A stretch of 64,000 nt of DNA from an uncultured Candidatus Saccharibacteria bacterium (GCA_964425445.1 CAYRLY010000001.1:5537-69536); one strand, 5' to 3'; shown: positions 10,143 through 19,700, counted from the first letter of the stretch. The notes: a model not told the origin generated them from the letters alone. Program-made: numbers and translations.

Positions 10143-11444
10143 ATGTTTTTAAAAGAATTTACTAAAAAATTATTAGAAAATCGCATACTGATAATTTTAA
10201 TTCTCGTGGGATTTTTTGTGCGCTTACTTTTTATGCCTAGTGCAACCTTTATCGATCTCTTGTCATCGACTTGGCGGGAGATGGTTTTTGTCAATGAAGG
10301 TCGAGCGATTGTTTCAAATATGAATGAGTTTATTGTCGCGATCTATATGAAGGCTTTTAGCCCGCTTTTTTTACCTCTCAATCAAATTATTGGGATTTTC
10401 CGCGAAACCGCCGAACCAAATCTTTTCAAAAATGCTTTGCCGACTTATGATGTTTTTGTCACTTTTCCTCACGCTCCGCGAATGCTTTTTTTGTTGAAAA
10501 TTCCTTATATTCTATTTGATCTAGGAGTTTTATACTTGTCACTTCGTTTTTTCTCCGAAGACAAAAAGAAGAAGTTACTCGTGGCGATTTGGGCTTTCGG
10601 CTTACCGCTTATTTTCGCTGCTTACATCTGGGGGCGATTTGAGACACTACCGATATTTTTTGCCTTTTTGGCTTTTTACTTTGCATACAAAAGGCCGAAG
10701 ATTTTTTGGCCAGCAATTTTATCGCTAGCTGTTGCCGTAGTTTTTCGTGGTGCATTTGCCTTTATGTTGCCGGCATTTTTGCTTTATTTCTTCTATCAAA
10801 ATCGCCAGCGCTTTTTGCCCCTAATCTCTTTCGTTTTTAGCTACCTAGTAGTCGGGAAAATATTTCAGTTAATAATTTCTGCATTTCGATCAACTCCTTC
10901 ATTTGCTACAAATTTATCGATTTCACATTTTTCACTTGGTTACATTGACGAATTTATCTTAACCGGGCGAATTGGTATTGGGCCAGGCGAGGTGTCGCTT
11001 TTTATTCTCCTAGTCGCCGCAATGATTTATCTCGCATATTCAGGTAGGAAGAAATTCAATTTTGAGCAGCTAGTCTATTTCTCTTCTTTGTTTATGCTCG
11101 CGTTCTTTCTTTCGTCTCGTGTCCACACACACTATGTTGTTTGGTTGGTGCCGGCACTCTCCCTCGCCAGCGTTTATCGGCCTAAAATAATCATTCCATC
11201 GATTGCAATGATAATATTCTATTATTTTTATTATTTTGTTCTTTTTGAGCCTCAGGTAATGCTCGAGCTTTTTGCACCACTAAATCCACAATTTTTTATG
11301 CACCTGGCGCCGATAAGTTCTCAACAGTTTTTTATGAATCACCGAATTGAAAATATTATCATAGTTGCGCGTTCGCTATTCTCAATTTTGGTTGTTTTTA
11401 TCATGTTTTTATTAATTAGAAAAAATGAGAATAAACTATCTTAG
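10143..11444 (+). CDS. polytopic membrane protein, putative GT-C-type glycosyltransferase (DUF2029-like)
   Basis: At least 10 TM helices throughout; placement in the glycan locus. The family assignment is an inference. Confidence 0.35.
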   Translation: MFLKEFTKKLLENRILIILILVGFFVRLLFMPSATFIDLLSSTWREMVFVNEGRAIVSNMNEFIVAIYMKAFSPLFLPLNQIIGIFRETAEPNLFKNALPTYDVFVTFPHAPRMLFLLKIPYILFDLGVLYLSLRFFSEDKKKKLLVAIWAFGLPLIFAAYIWGRFETLPIFFAFLAFYFAYKRPKIFWPAILSLAVAVVFRGAFAFMLPAFLLYFFYQNRQRFLPLISFVFSYLVVGKIFQLIISAFRSTPSFATNLSISHFSLGYIDEFILTGRIGIGPGEVSLFILLVAAMIYLAYSGRKKFNFEQLVYFSSLFMLAFFLSSRVHTHYVVWLVPALSLASVYRPKIIIPSIAMIIFYYFYYFVLFEPQVMLELFAPLNPQFFMHLAPISSQQFFMNHRIENIIIVARSLFSILVVFIMFLLIRKNENKLS

Positions 11445-12105
11445 ATTATTAATTATAATTGTCATTTTAGGAGCGGTTTTGCTGATTGTCCGTTTCGGCT
11501 CGCTTGAGCTTGTACTCTCGGAGAACAAAAATTTTATTTACAGTGATTACTATGTAGAGACTCGCAATCAAGAAGTTCTGAATAAAAAAGGGAACACTGT
11601 ATCATTCAAAATTCATTCAGTCCGCAACGGGTTGTCAAAAGTTACACTCTCAACGTTGCGGCCACACTACTTGTTTGAAGATGAAGATTTAAAAATAAAT
11701 CTTTCAATATACTATTTGGATCAGGACGAGGGGAGAGAGCAGAAATACTCAGCTGATTTCCCAGCTTCACGATTGCGCAATTTTACTACTTTCGATTTTC
11801 CAAATCTTGAAGACTCAAAAGATAAAGATATTCTGTTTGAGTTCACTGCCGTAGAGGATGCAGTTGATGAGCGTCATGTTATAGAAATAGTTGTTAATGA
11901 CACTGATCCAGACGAGAGAGTCACTACCGGTCCACGACTTTTTTACAACGTTAAACTCTACGATCTATGGAGTGAATATCTCGGAATAGCCAGCAAAGAT
12001 TTTAAATTTTTTAAATATTACTACTTATTGGTAGGGTTTGTCTCATTAGCAATTATTTTTCTTTTGATTATTGATTATAAAAAGATTGACAAGTCTCGAT
12101 GCTAG
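11425..12105 (+). CDS. hypothetical protein with N- and C-terminal TM helices
   Basis: ORF track; start overlaps the previous gene. Confidence 0.4.
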   Translation: MRINYLRLLIIIVILGAVLLIVRFGSLELVLSENKNFIYSDYYVETRNQEVLNKKGNTVSFKIHSVRNGLSKVTLSTLRPHYLFEDEDLKINLSIYYLDQDEGREQKYSADFPASRLRNFTTFDFPNLEDSKDKDILFEFTAVEDAVDERHVIEIVVNDTDPDERVTTGPRLFYNVKLYDLWSEYLGIASKDFKFFKYYYLLVGFVSLAIIFLLIIDYKKIDKSRC

Positions 12106-12121
12106 TCTGATACAATTTAAT

Positions 12122-12230
12122 CACATTATCAAGAGAGACGTTAGGGAATTGGCCCATTGAGCGTCCAGCAACCATCATTCACATAAGAGTGAACGGTGCT
12201 AAGTCCAAGCCGGATGGCAAGATAATTATT
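12122..12230 (+). promoter_or_regulatory. SAM-I (S-box) riboswitch in the metK leader
   Basis: Match to the SAM-I core: UAUCAAGAGAGACGUUAGGGAAUUGGCCCAUUGAGCGUCCAGCAACC ... GGUGCUAAGUCCAAGCC. The P1 3' strand GAUAAUUAUU pairs with the 5' AUUAUC. Confidence 0.8.
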
Positions 12231-12259
12231 TATCACGCTTTTCTTGGCGTGATATTTTT
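12231..12259 (+). terminator. intrinsic terminator, expression platform of the SAM riboswitch
   Basis: atcacgc-ttttcttg-gcgtgat hairpin followed by a TTTTT run. Confidence 0.7.
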
Positions 12260-12283
12260 AATAATTAATTTCTAGGAGGACAT

Positions 12284-13450
12284 ATGGAGAAAAGACTGTT
12301 CACCTCTGAATCGGTGACTGAGGGACATCCGGATAAGATGGCTGATCAAATTTCAGACGCCATTGTTGATGCGCTTTTGGAGCGCGACGAAAGAAGTCGA
12401 ATTGCAGTTGAAACGCTGCTTACAAATGGAGTTTGTGTAATTGCTGGTGAAGTTACAACAAGTGCCTATGTTGATATGGCAGAAATCGCCAGAGGGGTTA
12501 TCAAAGATATCGGATATAATGGTTGTGGTTTCCACCATGAAACTTCTGGGGTGATGACAGCAATAAAAGAGCAGTCATCAGATATTGCACAAGGTGTAGA
12601 CAGTTTTAAAAAGAGTGAAAGCGGGAAAATAGTTAAGGAAGATTTGGAACACTTAGGGGCTGGAGATCAGGGTTTAATGTTCGGTTATGCCTGTAACGAA
12701 ACACCGGAGCTGATGCCTCTGCCTATCGTTTTAGCTCATAAATTATGCCAACAATTAACAGAAGTTCGGAAGAAAAATATTGTGAAAGGCTTACGACCGG
12801 ACGGAAAGTCGCAGGTAACTGTCGAATATGTTGATGGTAGGCCAGAGAGGATTGACACCGTTTTAATCGCTGCACAACATGACCCAGATGTAAAAATTGC
12901 GACGATGAAAAAAGAAATTGAGAAAAATGTCATTGTGCCGATATTAAAAGAGCATGGTTATAAAATTGATTCGAAAACCAATGTTTATATAAATACTACT
13001 GGCAAATTTGTCATTGGTGGTCCGGAGGGCGACACAGGACTTACTGGTCGAAAAATAATAGTCGATACATATGGTGGATATGCTCGTCATGGTGGTGGTG
13101 CATTTTCTGGCAAGGACCCATCGAAGGTTGATCGCTCTGGTTCCTACATGGCCCGTTGGGTGGCGAAAAGCATTGTCAAGAGTGGATTAGCCGAAAAATG
13201 CGAAATCCAACTAGCTTATGCAATAGGGCGACCTGAACCATTATCAATTTATGTTGATACTTATGGTACCGGGAAGTTTTCGGAGGAGGAGATAGTAGAA
13301 AAAGTAAAGAAGAACTTTGATCTTCGACCTGGGATGATAATCAAAGAGTTGGGTTTGCGTAAACCGCTTTATCGACAGTGTGCTGCGTATGGACATTTTG
13401 GTAGAGATGATCTGAAACTTCCTTGGGAAAAAGCGAAGAAGATTAAATAA
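12284..13450 (+). CDS. metK: S-adenosylmethionine synthetase
   Basis: Bacterial MetK N-terminal signature [22 protein letters not shown]; [18 protein letters not shown]-terminal motif; RBS AGGAGG upstream. Confidence 0.92.
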   Translation: MEKRLFTSESVTEGHPDKMADQISDAIVDALLERDERSRIAVETLLTNGVCVIAGEVTTSAYVDMAEIARGVIKDIGYNGCGFHHETSGVMTAIKEQSSDIAQGVDSFKKSESGKIVKEDLEHLGAGDQGLMFGYACNETPELMPLPIVLAHKLCQQLTEVRKKNIVKGLRPDGKSQVTVEYVDGRPERIDTVLIAAQHDPDVKIATMKKEIEKNVIVPILKEHGYKIDSKTNVYINTTGKFVIGGPEGDTGLTGRKIIVDTYGGYARHGGGAFSGKDPSKVDRSGSYMARWVAKSIVKSGLAEKCEIQLAYAIGRPEPLSIYVDTYGTGKFSEEEIVEKVKKNFDLRPGMIIKELGLRKPLYRQCAAYGHFGRDDLKLPWEKAKKIK

Positions 13451-13460
13451 TAATCACGGA

Positions 13461-13490
13461 AAAAGCCAACAGAACACTGTTGGCTTTTTT
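13461..13490 (+). terminator. intrinsic terminator after metK
   Basis: gccaacag-aaca-ctgttggc hairpin followed by a T6 run. Confidence 0.7.
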
Positions 13491-13492
13491 GA

Positions 13493-13527
13493 TTGACAAT
13501 TTAAAAAAAATAACATACGATAATATA
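13493..13527 (+). promoter_or_regulatory. sigma70-like promoter for the GC-rich GHMP kinase gene
   Basis: TTGACA, spacer of about 17 nt, then GATAAT/TATACG-like -10 immediately upstream. Confidence 0.4.
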
Positions 13528-13565
13528 CGATGTTCCGAGATTACCAACAAGGAGACTGATAACTG

Positions 13566-14675
13566 ATGCCTAGAGTGCAAATAGTACAGCCTATGATGAC
13601 ACCGACCTTCTTGGGTTGGGCGGCACTTCGGGGTATCGATTGGGGGAAGTGGAGCGATGTCAAGAAGTTCTTGGAGCTGATTGGCTACGGCATGGTCTGT
13701 AACCTGTCGATGGTTCTCTCACCGTGGGGATCCGGAGGCAGGATGAAGGGAGTGGAAGTCGCAGCCCGAGTAATGCCTATGGCTAGGCAGCAGGGCCGAG
13801 TCATCGTCAACGCTGGTAGTGATCCGTCCTACGATGCCCTTGTGAGTGCAGCCGACCTAGCTGGTGGCCAATTCAATGTCAAAGAGCTGGTACTCTGCAT
13901 TCTCTCAATGTTGGATCTTGATCCACTTCGAGAGAACGATCTACACATCGATCTTATCTCGCCTGCACTGCCGGGTGCCTCGCTTGGTACATCTGCCAGT
14001 GTACTAGTCGCAATCTTGAGCGCCTTCCTTGGCGACAGTTACACGGCGGACGAGATTTGGCTGATGGCCTTGCGGGCTGAGTACGAGATTGCTCGCCGTA
14101 ATACTGGCAACCAAGATCATATCGCCGCTATTATGGGAGCCAGAGAAGAAATAAAGACTCCAGCCAGACTAATCACCATCAACGATCTCTTCGATGTGGA
14201 GATCGAACACTTGGTGGTAGGCCCCATGATCTCTGCCGTCCTGCCAAATACTCTGGTGTCGGTCATCGGGGCCCATGACAGCTCCGATACTCACCAGAGG
14301 CTACAGGACGAGCTCGAGGGCGATCCGGAAATGGCGCGGGACAAACTCTGCGCAATGCGCAACACCGCCGTCATGGCCGCCAACGCTTTTCGTAGCGATT
14401 CACCAGATCAGCTATTTGCCTCGATTGACGCTTTGCTGGCTGCTCAGCAGTCTTTGAGTACTGGCCTGATAGGACCGTTCCACTGGAAGATAATTCAGGA
14501 CGCCAGGGCATACGGAGGCTATTCCGGTGTGCCTGGTGCCGGTGGCGACGGGGGGTCAGTGATCACTGTTTTTCAGGAAGCTGACTCCATGAGATGTTTC
14601 GCAGAGTCGATTCAGCTGGCTTTGCCGGACATCCGCCTTTTCCAGGCCGGCTACCCCGGCATCAACTTCGTGTAG
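13566..14675 (+). CDS. GHMP-family sugar/small-molecule kinase on a GC-rich islet
   Basis: GHMP ATP-binding motif LPGASLGTSASVLVA; RBS AAGGAG upstream; composition and codon use differ markedly from the neighbours. Confidence 0.65.
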   Translation: MPRVQIVQPMMTPTFLGWAALRGIDWGKWSDVKKFLELIGYGMVCNLSMVLSPWGSGGRMKGVEVAARVMPMARQQGRVIVNAGSDPSYDALVSAADLAGGQFNVKELVLCILSMLDLDPLRENDLHIDLISPALPGASLGTSASVLVAILSAFLGDSYTADEIWLMALRAEYEIARRNTGNQDHIAAIMGAREEIKTPARLITINDLFDVEIEHLVVGPMISAVLPNTLVSVIGAHDSSDTHQRLQDELEGDPEMARDKLCAMRNTAVMAANAFRSDSPDQLFASIDALLAAQQSLSTGLIGPFHWKIIQDARAYGGYSGVPGAGGDGGSVITVFQEADSMRCFAESIQLALPDIRLFQAGYPGINFV

Positions 14676-14702
14676 TGACCCGTTGGTCACTGCCTCTCTT
14701 TT

Positions 14703-14733
14703 GTCCCGACACCATGTCGGGACACTTTTTTTT
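14703..14733 (+). terminator. intrinsic terminator after the GHMP kinase gene
   Basis: gtcccgac-acca-tgtcgggac hairpin followed by a T8 run. Confidence 0.75.
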
Positions 14734-14764
14734 ACCCTGTAAATTTGCTAGTATCGAGGGAGTG

Positions 14765-16927
14765 ATGAAGGAATTTTCTATAAAAAGTTGGTTTAGAAAA
14801 TACTGGCCGCTTGTCGGCTATTTTTTGATTTCGATAATATTCCTCTATCCGGTTCTGATTCAAAGGGGAGTACCGTTTAAATATGATTGGCTTTGGCCCC
14901 TTTTTGATATGAATGAATATTGGCGGGTGATCGCCGACAAGAGTAGCTTTGGTCTGGTTTCATCACTTGGGAAATATGCCAATTCTTTCTTCGGCCTCTT
15001 TGGTTGGTTGCATATTTCGCCAAATATTGCCCTTAAAATATTTTTACTCCTGATCCATACTGCCTCTGGTTACGGTTTTTATCTCCTGGTTTCTAGAAGG
15101 ATCAAATCAGCCGCCGCTGCATTTATCGCCGGTATCGCCTACGCTTTTTCGCCCTATATATTTATTCGAACGATCGTCGGATTTATATATTCATTGATCG
15201 CTTATGCCTCATTGCCGTTTTTCTTAAATATCTTTATAAACCATAAGAAGAAAAAAATCCTTGATTTTCTGCTGATGGGTTTACTTTTTTCTTTGGTAGC
15301 TTCACAGATTCAGGCGGGGATACTTCTGGTGTTTCTGGTGATCGTCATCAGCTTCTCCGAGAGAAAGAAGATTGTATTTCGATTAAAAGAGCTTGTCCTA
15401 TTGTTAGCTTCTGTCTTGATCGTCGCTTTGCCTTGGATTATTTACCTTCTGTTTATCGGTGGCAATGTGCAACCCATTGATGGTGGGCAGGTGACGACGC
15501 TAAATTATATCGCCAATTTGCCTCATAGTTTGCGTAATGTATTGTTTTTCTCTGATCACATAATTACCAGGGATTACTTTTATTCATTTGCCAGAGAGCC
15601 GATAGTAATCATCGGTTTTGTTCTTTTTTATCTGGTTGCTCTATTTTCACTCTTCGATAAAAAGAACCGATCCCTCGTGCTCTCCCTGATAATTTCGACC
15701 TTGATAATAATTCCATTTTCTATCGGGCCGACCAAAATTTTCACCGGTTTTTACACCTTCGTCTTCAATCATCTTTCGCAGCTGGCTGTCTTTCGCGAAA
15801 CCTATCATTTCCAGTTTCTGCTCTCGTTTAACTTTATCGCCTTATTTGCCTTTGGCCTTTCGTATATTTTCAAAAATTTAAGCAACAAAAGACCCTTCTT
15901 CTGGCTGATAAAAGTAATTGCTGCCTCATCAATAATAATTGTGATTGCACCTTATTTGGGTCTTGATTATGCCGGCTATTTTCGCCTTCAAGAGATTCCA
16001 GATGAATACCATCAAGCAGATGAGTTTTTTCAAGAAAACGCCGACTATTGTAAAAAAGCTTATTACCCACCAAACTTGGGATTTGTCCGATTCGCTTCTG
16101 ACCCGACAGCAGAAACTAGTGCCTCAAACTCGGATATTATTGCTTGGGATTTTGGCTTGCCTCGAGTAACCGATGCCGCCTCAGTTTTGTCGATCGCCGG
16201 TGATGAAATGTATCAGCGCAATCATCTGACGTCACAATTTTTGGAATTTTCTGACAATGGTGAATTTGCCGCTCTGGCCAAGGAGCAGGGAGTTGACTGC
16301 GTCATCATCCGTGATGATCTTACTAGCTTATATTTTTTGGCGAATAATGTCTGGCGTGATCCGTCATTTGATGTTCGCTTGAAGTGGATGAATCAAGATA
16401 TGTTGTCATTGGCCGAAAGTAAGATCGGTCTTCGTCTTGATAAAAAATTCGGGGGCAAAATTTACCTTTATAAAGTTGAGTCAGATAAGAAATATGAGGC
16501 AAGTAGGTTGATCGATCAAGTTCCCGATGGCATAAAATTGCCAATTACTGATTGGGCGAATAATTATGATTGGTATACCGAGGGTTGGGCGAGGGGACGG
16601 TACAATTTTTGGCGCAAACACCTTTTTGCTCAACTTGCACAGGATTTTATTTATACAAACAAATCCGACTCCGAAGTTAGCGGAAAGATCGCCGAGAGCG
16701 GCTCCTATGACCTGGTAATTAGATATTTGGATGGAGGAGAGGAGGGGAAATTCGAAATCCGAATATCGAAATTCGAAACAATTATCGAGAAAAAATCGGG
16801 GGAAGAAAGACTTGTCGTCAAAAATCTTGGAGCGATTGATATCAAGAAAGGCGATACAATCACAATTAAAAATACATCTGGCGAGAACGCTATCGCCGAT
16901 CTGTTGTTGGTCGGGAGTAAGGAGTAA
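14765..16927 (+). CDS. large polytopic membrane protein with a C-terminal extracytoplasmic domain (YfhO/GT-C-like), hypothetical
   Basis: Start at ATG 14765 preceded by GAGGGAG. The ORF track start at 14594 lies inside the upstream GC-rich gene and terminator and is rejected. About 13 TM helices followed by a soluble domain of about 250 aa. Confidence 0.55.
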   Translation: MKEFSIKSWFRKYWPLVGYFLISIIFLYPVLIQRGVPFKYDWLWPLFDMNEYWRVIADKSSFGLVSSLGKYANSFFGLFGWLHISPNIALKIFLLLIHTASGYGFYLLVSRRIKSAAAAFIAGIAYAFSPYIFIRTIVGFIYSLIAYASLPFFLNIFINHKKKKILDFLLMGLLFSLVASQIQAGILLVFLVIVISFSERKKIVFRLKELVLLLASVLIVALPWIIYLLFIGGNVQPIDGGQVTTLNYIANLPHSLRNVLFFSDHIITRDYFYSFAREPIVIIGFVLFYLVALFSLFDKKNRSLVLSLIISTLIIIPFSIGPTKIFTGFYTFVFNHLSQLAVFRETYHFQFLLSFNFIALFAFGLSYIFKNLSNKRPFFWLIKVIAASSIIIVIAPYLGLDYAGYFRLQEIPDEYHQADEFFQENADYCKKAYYPPNLGFVRFASDPTAETSASNSDIIAWDFGLPRVTDAASVLSIAGDEMYQRNHLTSQFLEFSDNGEFAALAKEQGVDCVIIRDDLTSLYFLANNVWRDPSFDVRLKWMNQDMLSLAESKIGLRLDKKFGGKIYLYKVESDKKYEASRLIDQVPDGIKLPITDWANNYDWYTEGWARGRYNFWRKHLFAQLAQDFIYTNKSDSEVSGKIAESGSYDLVIRYLDGGEEGKFEIRISKFETIIEKKSGEERLVVKNLGAIDIKKGDTITIKNTSGENAIADLLLVGSKE
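16748..16778 (+). repeat. in-frame heptanucleotide tandem repeat (CGAAATC / CGAATAT / CGAAATT units) inside the membrane protein gene
   Basis: aaattcgaaatccgaatatcgaaattcgaaac, translated GKFEIRISKFETI. Confidence 0.6.
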
Positions 16928-16945
16928 GGAGTAGGGAGTGGGTGG
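16913..16945 (+). repeat. GGAGTAA heptamer tandem repeat straddling the stop codon of the membrane protein gene
   Basis: gggagtaaggagtaaggagtagggagtgggtgg; the TAA stop at 16925-16927 lies inside the repeat. Confidence 0.55.
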
Positions 16946-18193
16946 TTAGACTCTAGTTCTTTTTCTCCGTCGAATGAGGATTATGAGGACTGCAAGGAGC
17001 GCAAGAGCAAGCACTCCGGCAGCGATGGTTATTATCAGATTATAATTTTTACTATCTTTAACCGCTTCAGCAACGCTTTTTGGTGGGTTTATATCATCCT
17101 CAGTCAAAATATTTATCGATCCACCTTTGGCTTGTGAGATTTCGAAGATAATCTCATCACTAACGGGTGTCAATACCTTCTCTTTCTGCCCTTGGACACT
17201 GAGTTTATAATGGCCGGCGGGTATAAAATAATCCATCTCGAGAGTGAAATTGCCATCCTCGTCAGACTCAATCTCAAGTTTTTTACCCTCTGGGAGTGCT
17301 GGCGTTGGGGTTAGAGTGATTTTAGCTAAATAATTTGGCTCGATGATTCCGGAGATCTTCAGCCCAGAGACGGTGCCATCATCAATCTTGTTTATAAAAT
17401 TTTCCATCTTCTCGATCTTGATCGATCTTGGTTTACTTAGATTCTCATCTACTTTCGGATCAGGCTCTTTGATATTTATCTGAAAATGGGTTGTAGAGCC
17501 CCAACCGTCAGCATTTTGCGCTCGAATATGAAAATAATGAGTCCCAACCGGTTGATTGTCATAGCTTGCAGAGGTGTTGGCTGATGTCGATTTTGCCGGC
17601 GGGGTTGTCGTTGCGTTTTGATCGAGAAGATAAGAAAATGCGGTGACACCAGATGCTTTCGTCCATGAAAGGTCAATTTTGGTTGCTTCGTAGGATTCTG
17701 CTGGATTTGGATGAGATGATGAAGTCACATTTATTGCTCCCGGAGGCGTTGGTGCTCGGGTAATTGAATAGGAAGCGCTTCCTGCACCGGTACCAACTTC
17801 GGCACCGTCATTCGCCATCCGCACAGAGGATACTGTCACCGCTCCGCTACCGACTCCGGTCGCTTTTAGTCTTATTGTCGCCACCCTCATCGAAGAGACT
17901 GCCGGCACCAGCATCCCCTTGAAGTGGCCCCCGTTAGCTGGGATTGAAATCCAAGTTGCTCCGCCAGCGGCGAAAGAAACAATCGATACCGGCCCAGAGA
18001 CCGATATTGTTCCCTCGATGGCATTAAAAGTTGCCCCCGAAGCATCAACAGTGACAGTAAATGTCTGACCGACGGTCACGTTTCCGCCACCAGAAGCATA
18101 AATACCGGCTGCTGCTGCGTTCATTGGCAATATTAGAAAATAAAATACACTCGAAACAGTCAGCATTGTCGAAATCAGTCTTTTCATCAGCAT
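16946..18193 (-). CDS. cell-surface protein with signal peptide, Ig/FN3-like beta-rich domains and a C-terminal TM anchor with basic tail
   Basis: N-terminal hydrophobic leader; Thr/Ser-rich beta repeats; C-terminal IITIAAGVLALALLAVLIILIRRRKRTRV. Confidence 0.5.
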   Translation of the reverse strand: MLMKRLISTMLTVSSVFYFLILPMNAAAAGIYASGGGNVTVGQTFTVTVDASGATFNAIEGTISVSGPVSIVSFAAGGATWISIPANGGHFKGMLVPAVSSMRVATIRLKATGVGSGAVTVSSVRMANDGAEVGTGAGSASYSITRAPTPPGAINVTSSSHPNPAESYEATKIDLSWTKASGVTAFSYLLDQNATTTPPAKSTSANTSASYDNQPVGTHYFHIRAQNADGWGSTTHFQINIKEPDPKVDENLSKPRSIKIEKMENFINKIDDGTVSGLKISGIIEPNYLAKITLTPTPALPEGKKLEIESDEDGNFTLEMDYFIPAGHYKLSVQGQKEKVLTPVSDEIIFEISQAKGGSINILTEDDINPPKSVAEAVKDSKNYNLIITIAAGVLALALLAVLIILIRRRKRTRV

Positions 18194-18223
18194 GAAATTA
18201 TCCTCCCAAAATTATTTTTTATT

Positions 18224-19204
18224 TTAGCTTCCCCAAGCTCCAGCTAATATCGACAGATCAAGAAGGTCGACAGTACCATCAGAATTTAGATCAGCATCGG
18301 CGTTATTGCCACCCCAGTGAGTTGCAATCAAGGAGAGATCTAGTAGGTCGACATTCCCATCACGGTTTGCATCGCCAGTTTTTCTTTCTGCTGGTGGCGG
18401 TGTATCAGAGACCAAAACTGGATATGGGACAGAAATATATTCAGGTATGGTATAAGCTTTCATCCAGCTTCCCTTGGTGTTTAAGAAACTCTCAATTTCC
18501 GCTGCGCTTAATGGGTTAGCATTTCGGAAATTATTGTCAGAAATAATGTTTGTTGACGAATAATCCCCACCGTTTGGTGTCCCACCCCACCAGGATATCC
18601 AGTTGGTGTAGAAAGATGACCCGGTATTATAAGAAGAATAATGGGGGGTGTATTTATAAAGTGCACAAGATCCGGCGTTGGCAGTAGCAATTGTTCCGCC
18701 ATCAACAGAAACGGAGTTATTTCCTTCGCAATAGGTTCCATTTGCTGGGTTGCCATCGCCAGCAAGGTTTCGAAGCTGGGCGGTTGCGTAGGCGATCTGC
18801 TGACCGACGCCGCCATAATTTTCGGCGCGGTATGAGTAATCCGGCTTGTTGTATTTAGTATCAGTACAGTCTGTGCCCAAGAGCAAACAATTCGCCATTC
18901 TTTCATCGTAGTTGTAGAAAAGAGGCCAAGCCCTGGTGGTGTCTGAAGACGGTTCGGATCTAGTAATTGCTGAGCTCTCTTTTTGCAGCATAATCAAGAT
19001 AAGCCTGGGATTTATGTCGTGTTGTGCTGACTCGTCATAGATCAATTGTGCAACAGTCTTATTAAAAAAGGTATCAATATAGGCTTGTCTGGCGTTAACG
19101 TAACGAAGCTCGACATGGTCAGCTAGCACTTTTATCGGCGCAATCAAAAACACGACCAGCAAAATTGCTACAATTAGACTGTAATTTTTTGTTTTTGCCC
19201 TCAT
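18224..19204 (-). CDS. secreted protein with a C-terminal double dockerin-type repeat
   Basis: Signal/TM leader; C-terminal DANRDGNVDLLDLSLIATHW ... DLNSDGTVDLLDLSILAGAW, a dockerin type I calcium-binding repeat pair. Confidence 0.6.
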   Translation of the reverse strand: MRAKTKNYSLIVAILLVVFLIAPIKVLADHVELRYVNARQAYIDTFFNKTVAQLIYDESAQHDINPRLILIMLQKESSAITRSEPSSDTTRAWPLFYNYDERMANCLLLGTDCTDTKYNKPDYSYRAENYGGVGQQIAYATAQLRNLAGDGNPANGTYCEGNNSVSVDGGTIATANAGSCALYKYTPHYSSYNTGSSFYTNWISWWGGTPNGGDYSSTNIISDNNFRNANPLSAAEIESFLNTKGSWMKAYTIPEYISVPYPVLVSDTPPPAERKTGDANRDGNVDLLDLSLIATHWGGNNADADLNSDGTVDLLDLSILAGAWGS

Positions 19205-19205
19205 T

Positions 19206-19700
19206 TTACCCTCTCGTTGCCTCCTGATCTTCTGGAAAGAAATATTCTTTTTCTAGAGTATCAAGTTTGGAGTTTAATATTTCACTATCTGGATTGGCTG
19301 TGATCCCAGCCTCCAGAGTTTTTTTCGCTTCTTCTAGTTGACTTAATAATATCTCCGCTTCTGACTTGAGCGAATAGTAGCTACTGTTATTCGGATTCGC
19401 GGCAATTGCTTGATTCAGCTTGTTTATCGCTTCTTGATAATTTTTGTTTTCAAAATCTTCTACCGCAGAAACATAAAGGACTTGATCAGGGGACAGCCCA
19501 TCATCCTCGTCTTGATCTGACTGGTTCACGACATCTTCCTGGATCGGCGATTCCTCTGCTGGGGTATCTTCGCTATCTTTGGCGCCAGTTTCCGTTTTCT
19601 GTTCTTTTCCAATCAAGTAAAGCCCAGCGACAATGAAAATCACTGTAATCACCAAGAGGGTGATGAAATAATAAAGGGTTCGGAAGTTTTTCCCGTTCAT
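19206..19700 (-). CDS. membrane-anchored TPR-repeat protein
   Basis: N-terminal TM helix, acidic linker, TPR-like NKNYQEAINKLNQAIAANPNNSSYY. Confidence 0.5.
   Translation of the reverse strand: MNGKNFRTLYYFITLLVITVIFIVAGLYLIGKEQKTETGAKDSEDTPAEESPIQEDVVNQSDQDEDDGLSPDQVLYVSAVEDFENKNYQEAINKLNQAIAANPNNSSYYSLKSEAEILLSQLEEAKKTLEAGITANPDSEILNSKLDTLEKEYFFPEDQEATRG

Noticed and set aside
14594-14764. ORF-track N-terminal extension of the 777-aa membrane protein (start at 14594)
   Set aside because: The extension overlaps the 3' end of the GHMP kinase gene in another frame and runs through a strong intrinsic terminator (14703-14733). It translates as Arg/Pro-rich low-complexity sequence. The real start is ATG 14765 with a GAGGGAG Shine-Dalgarno.
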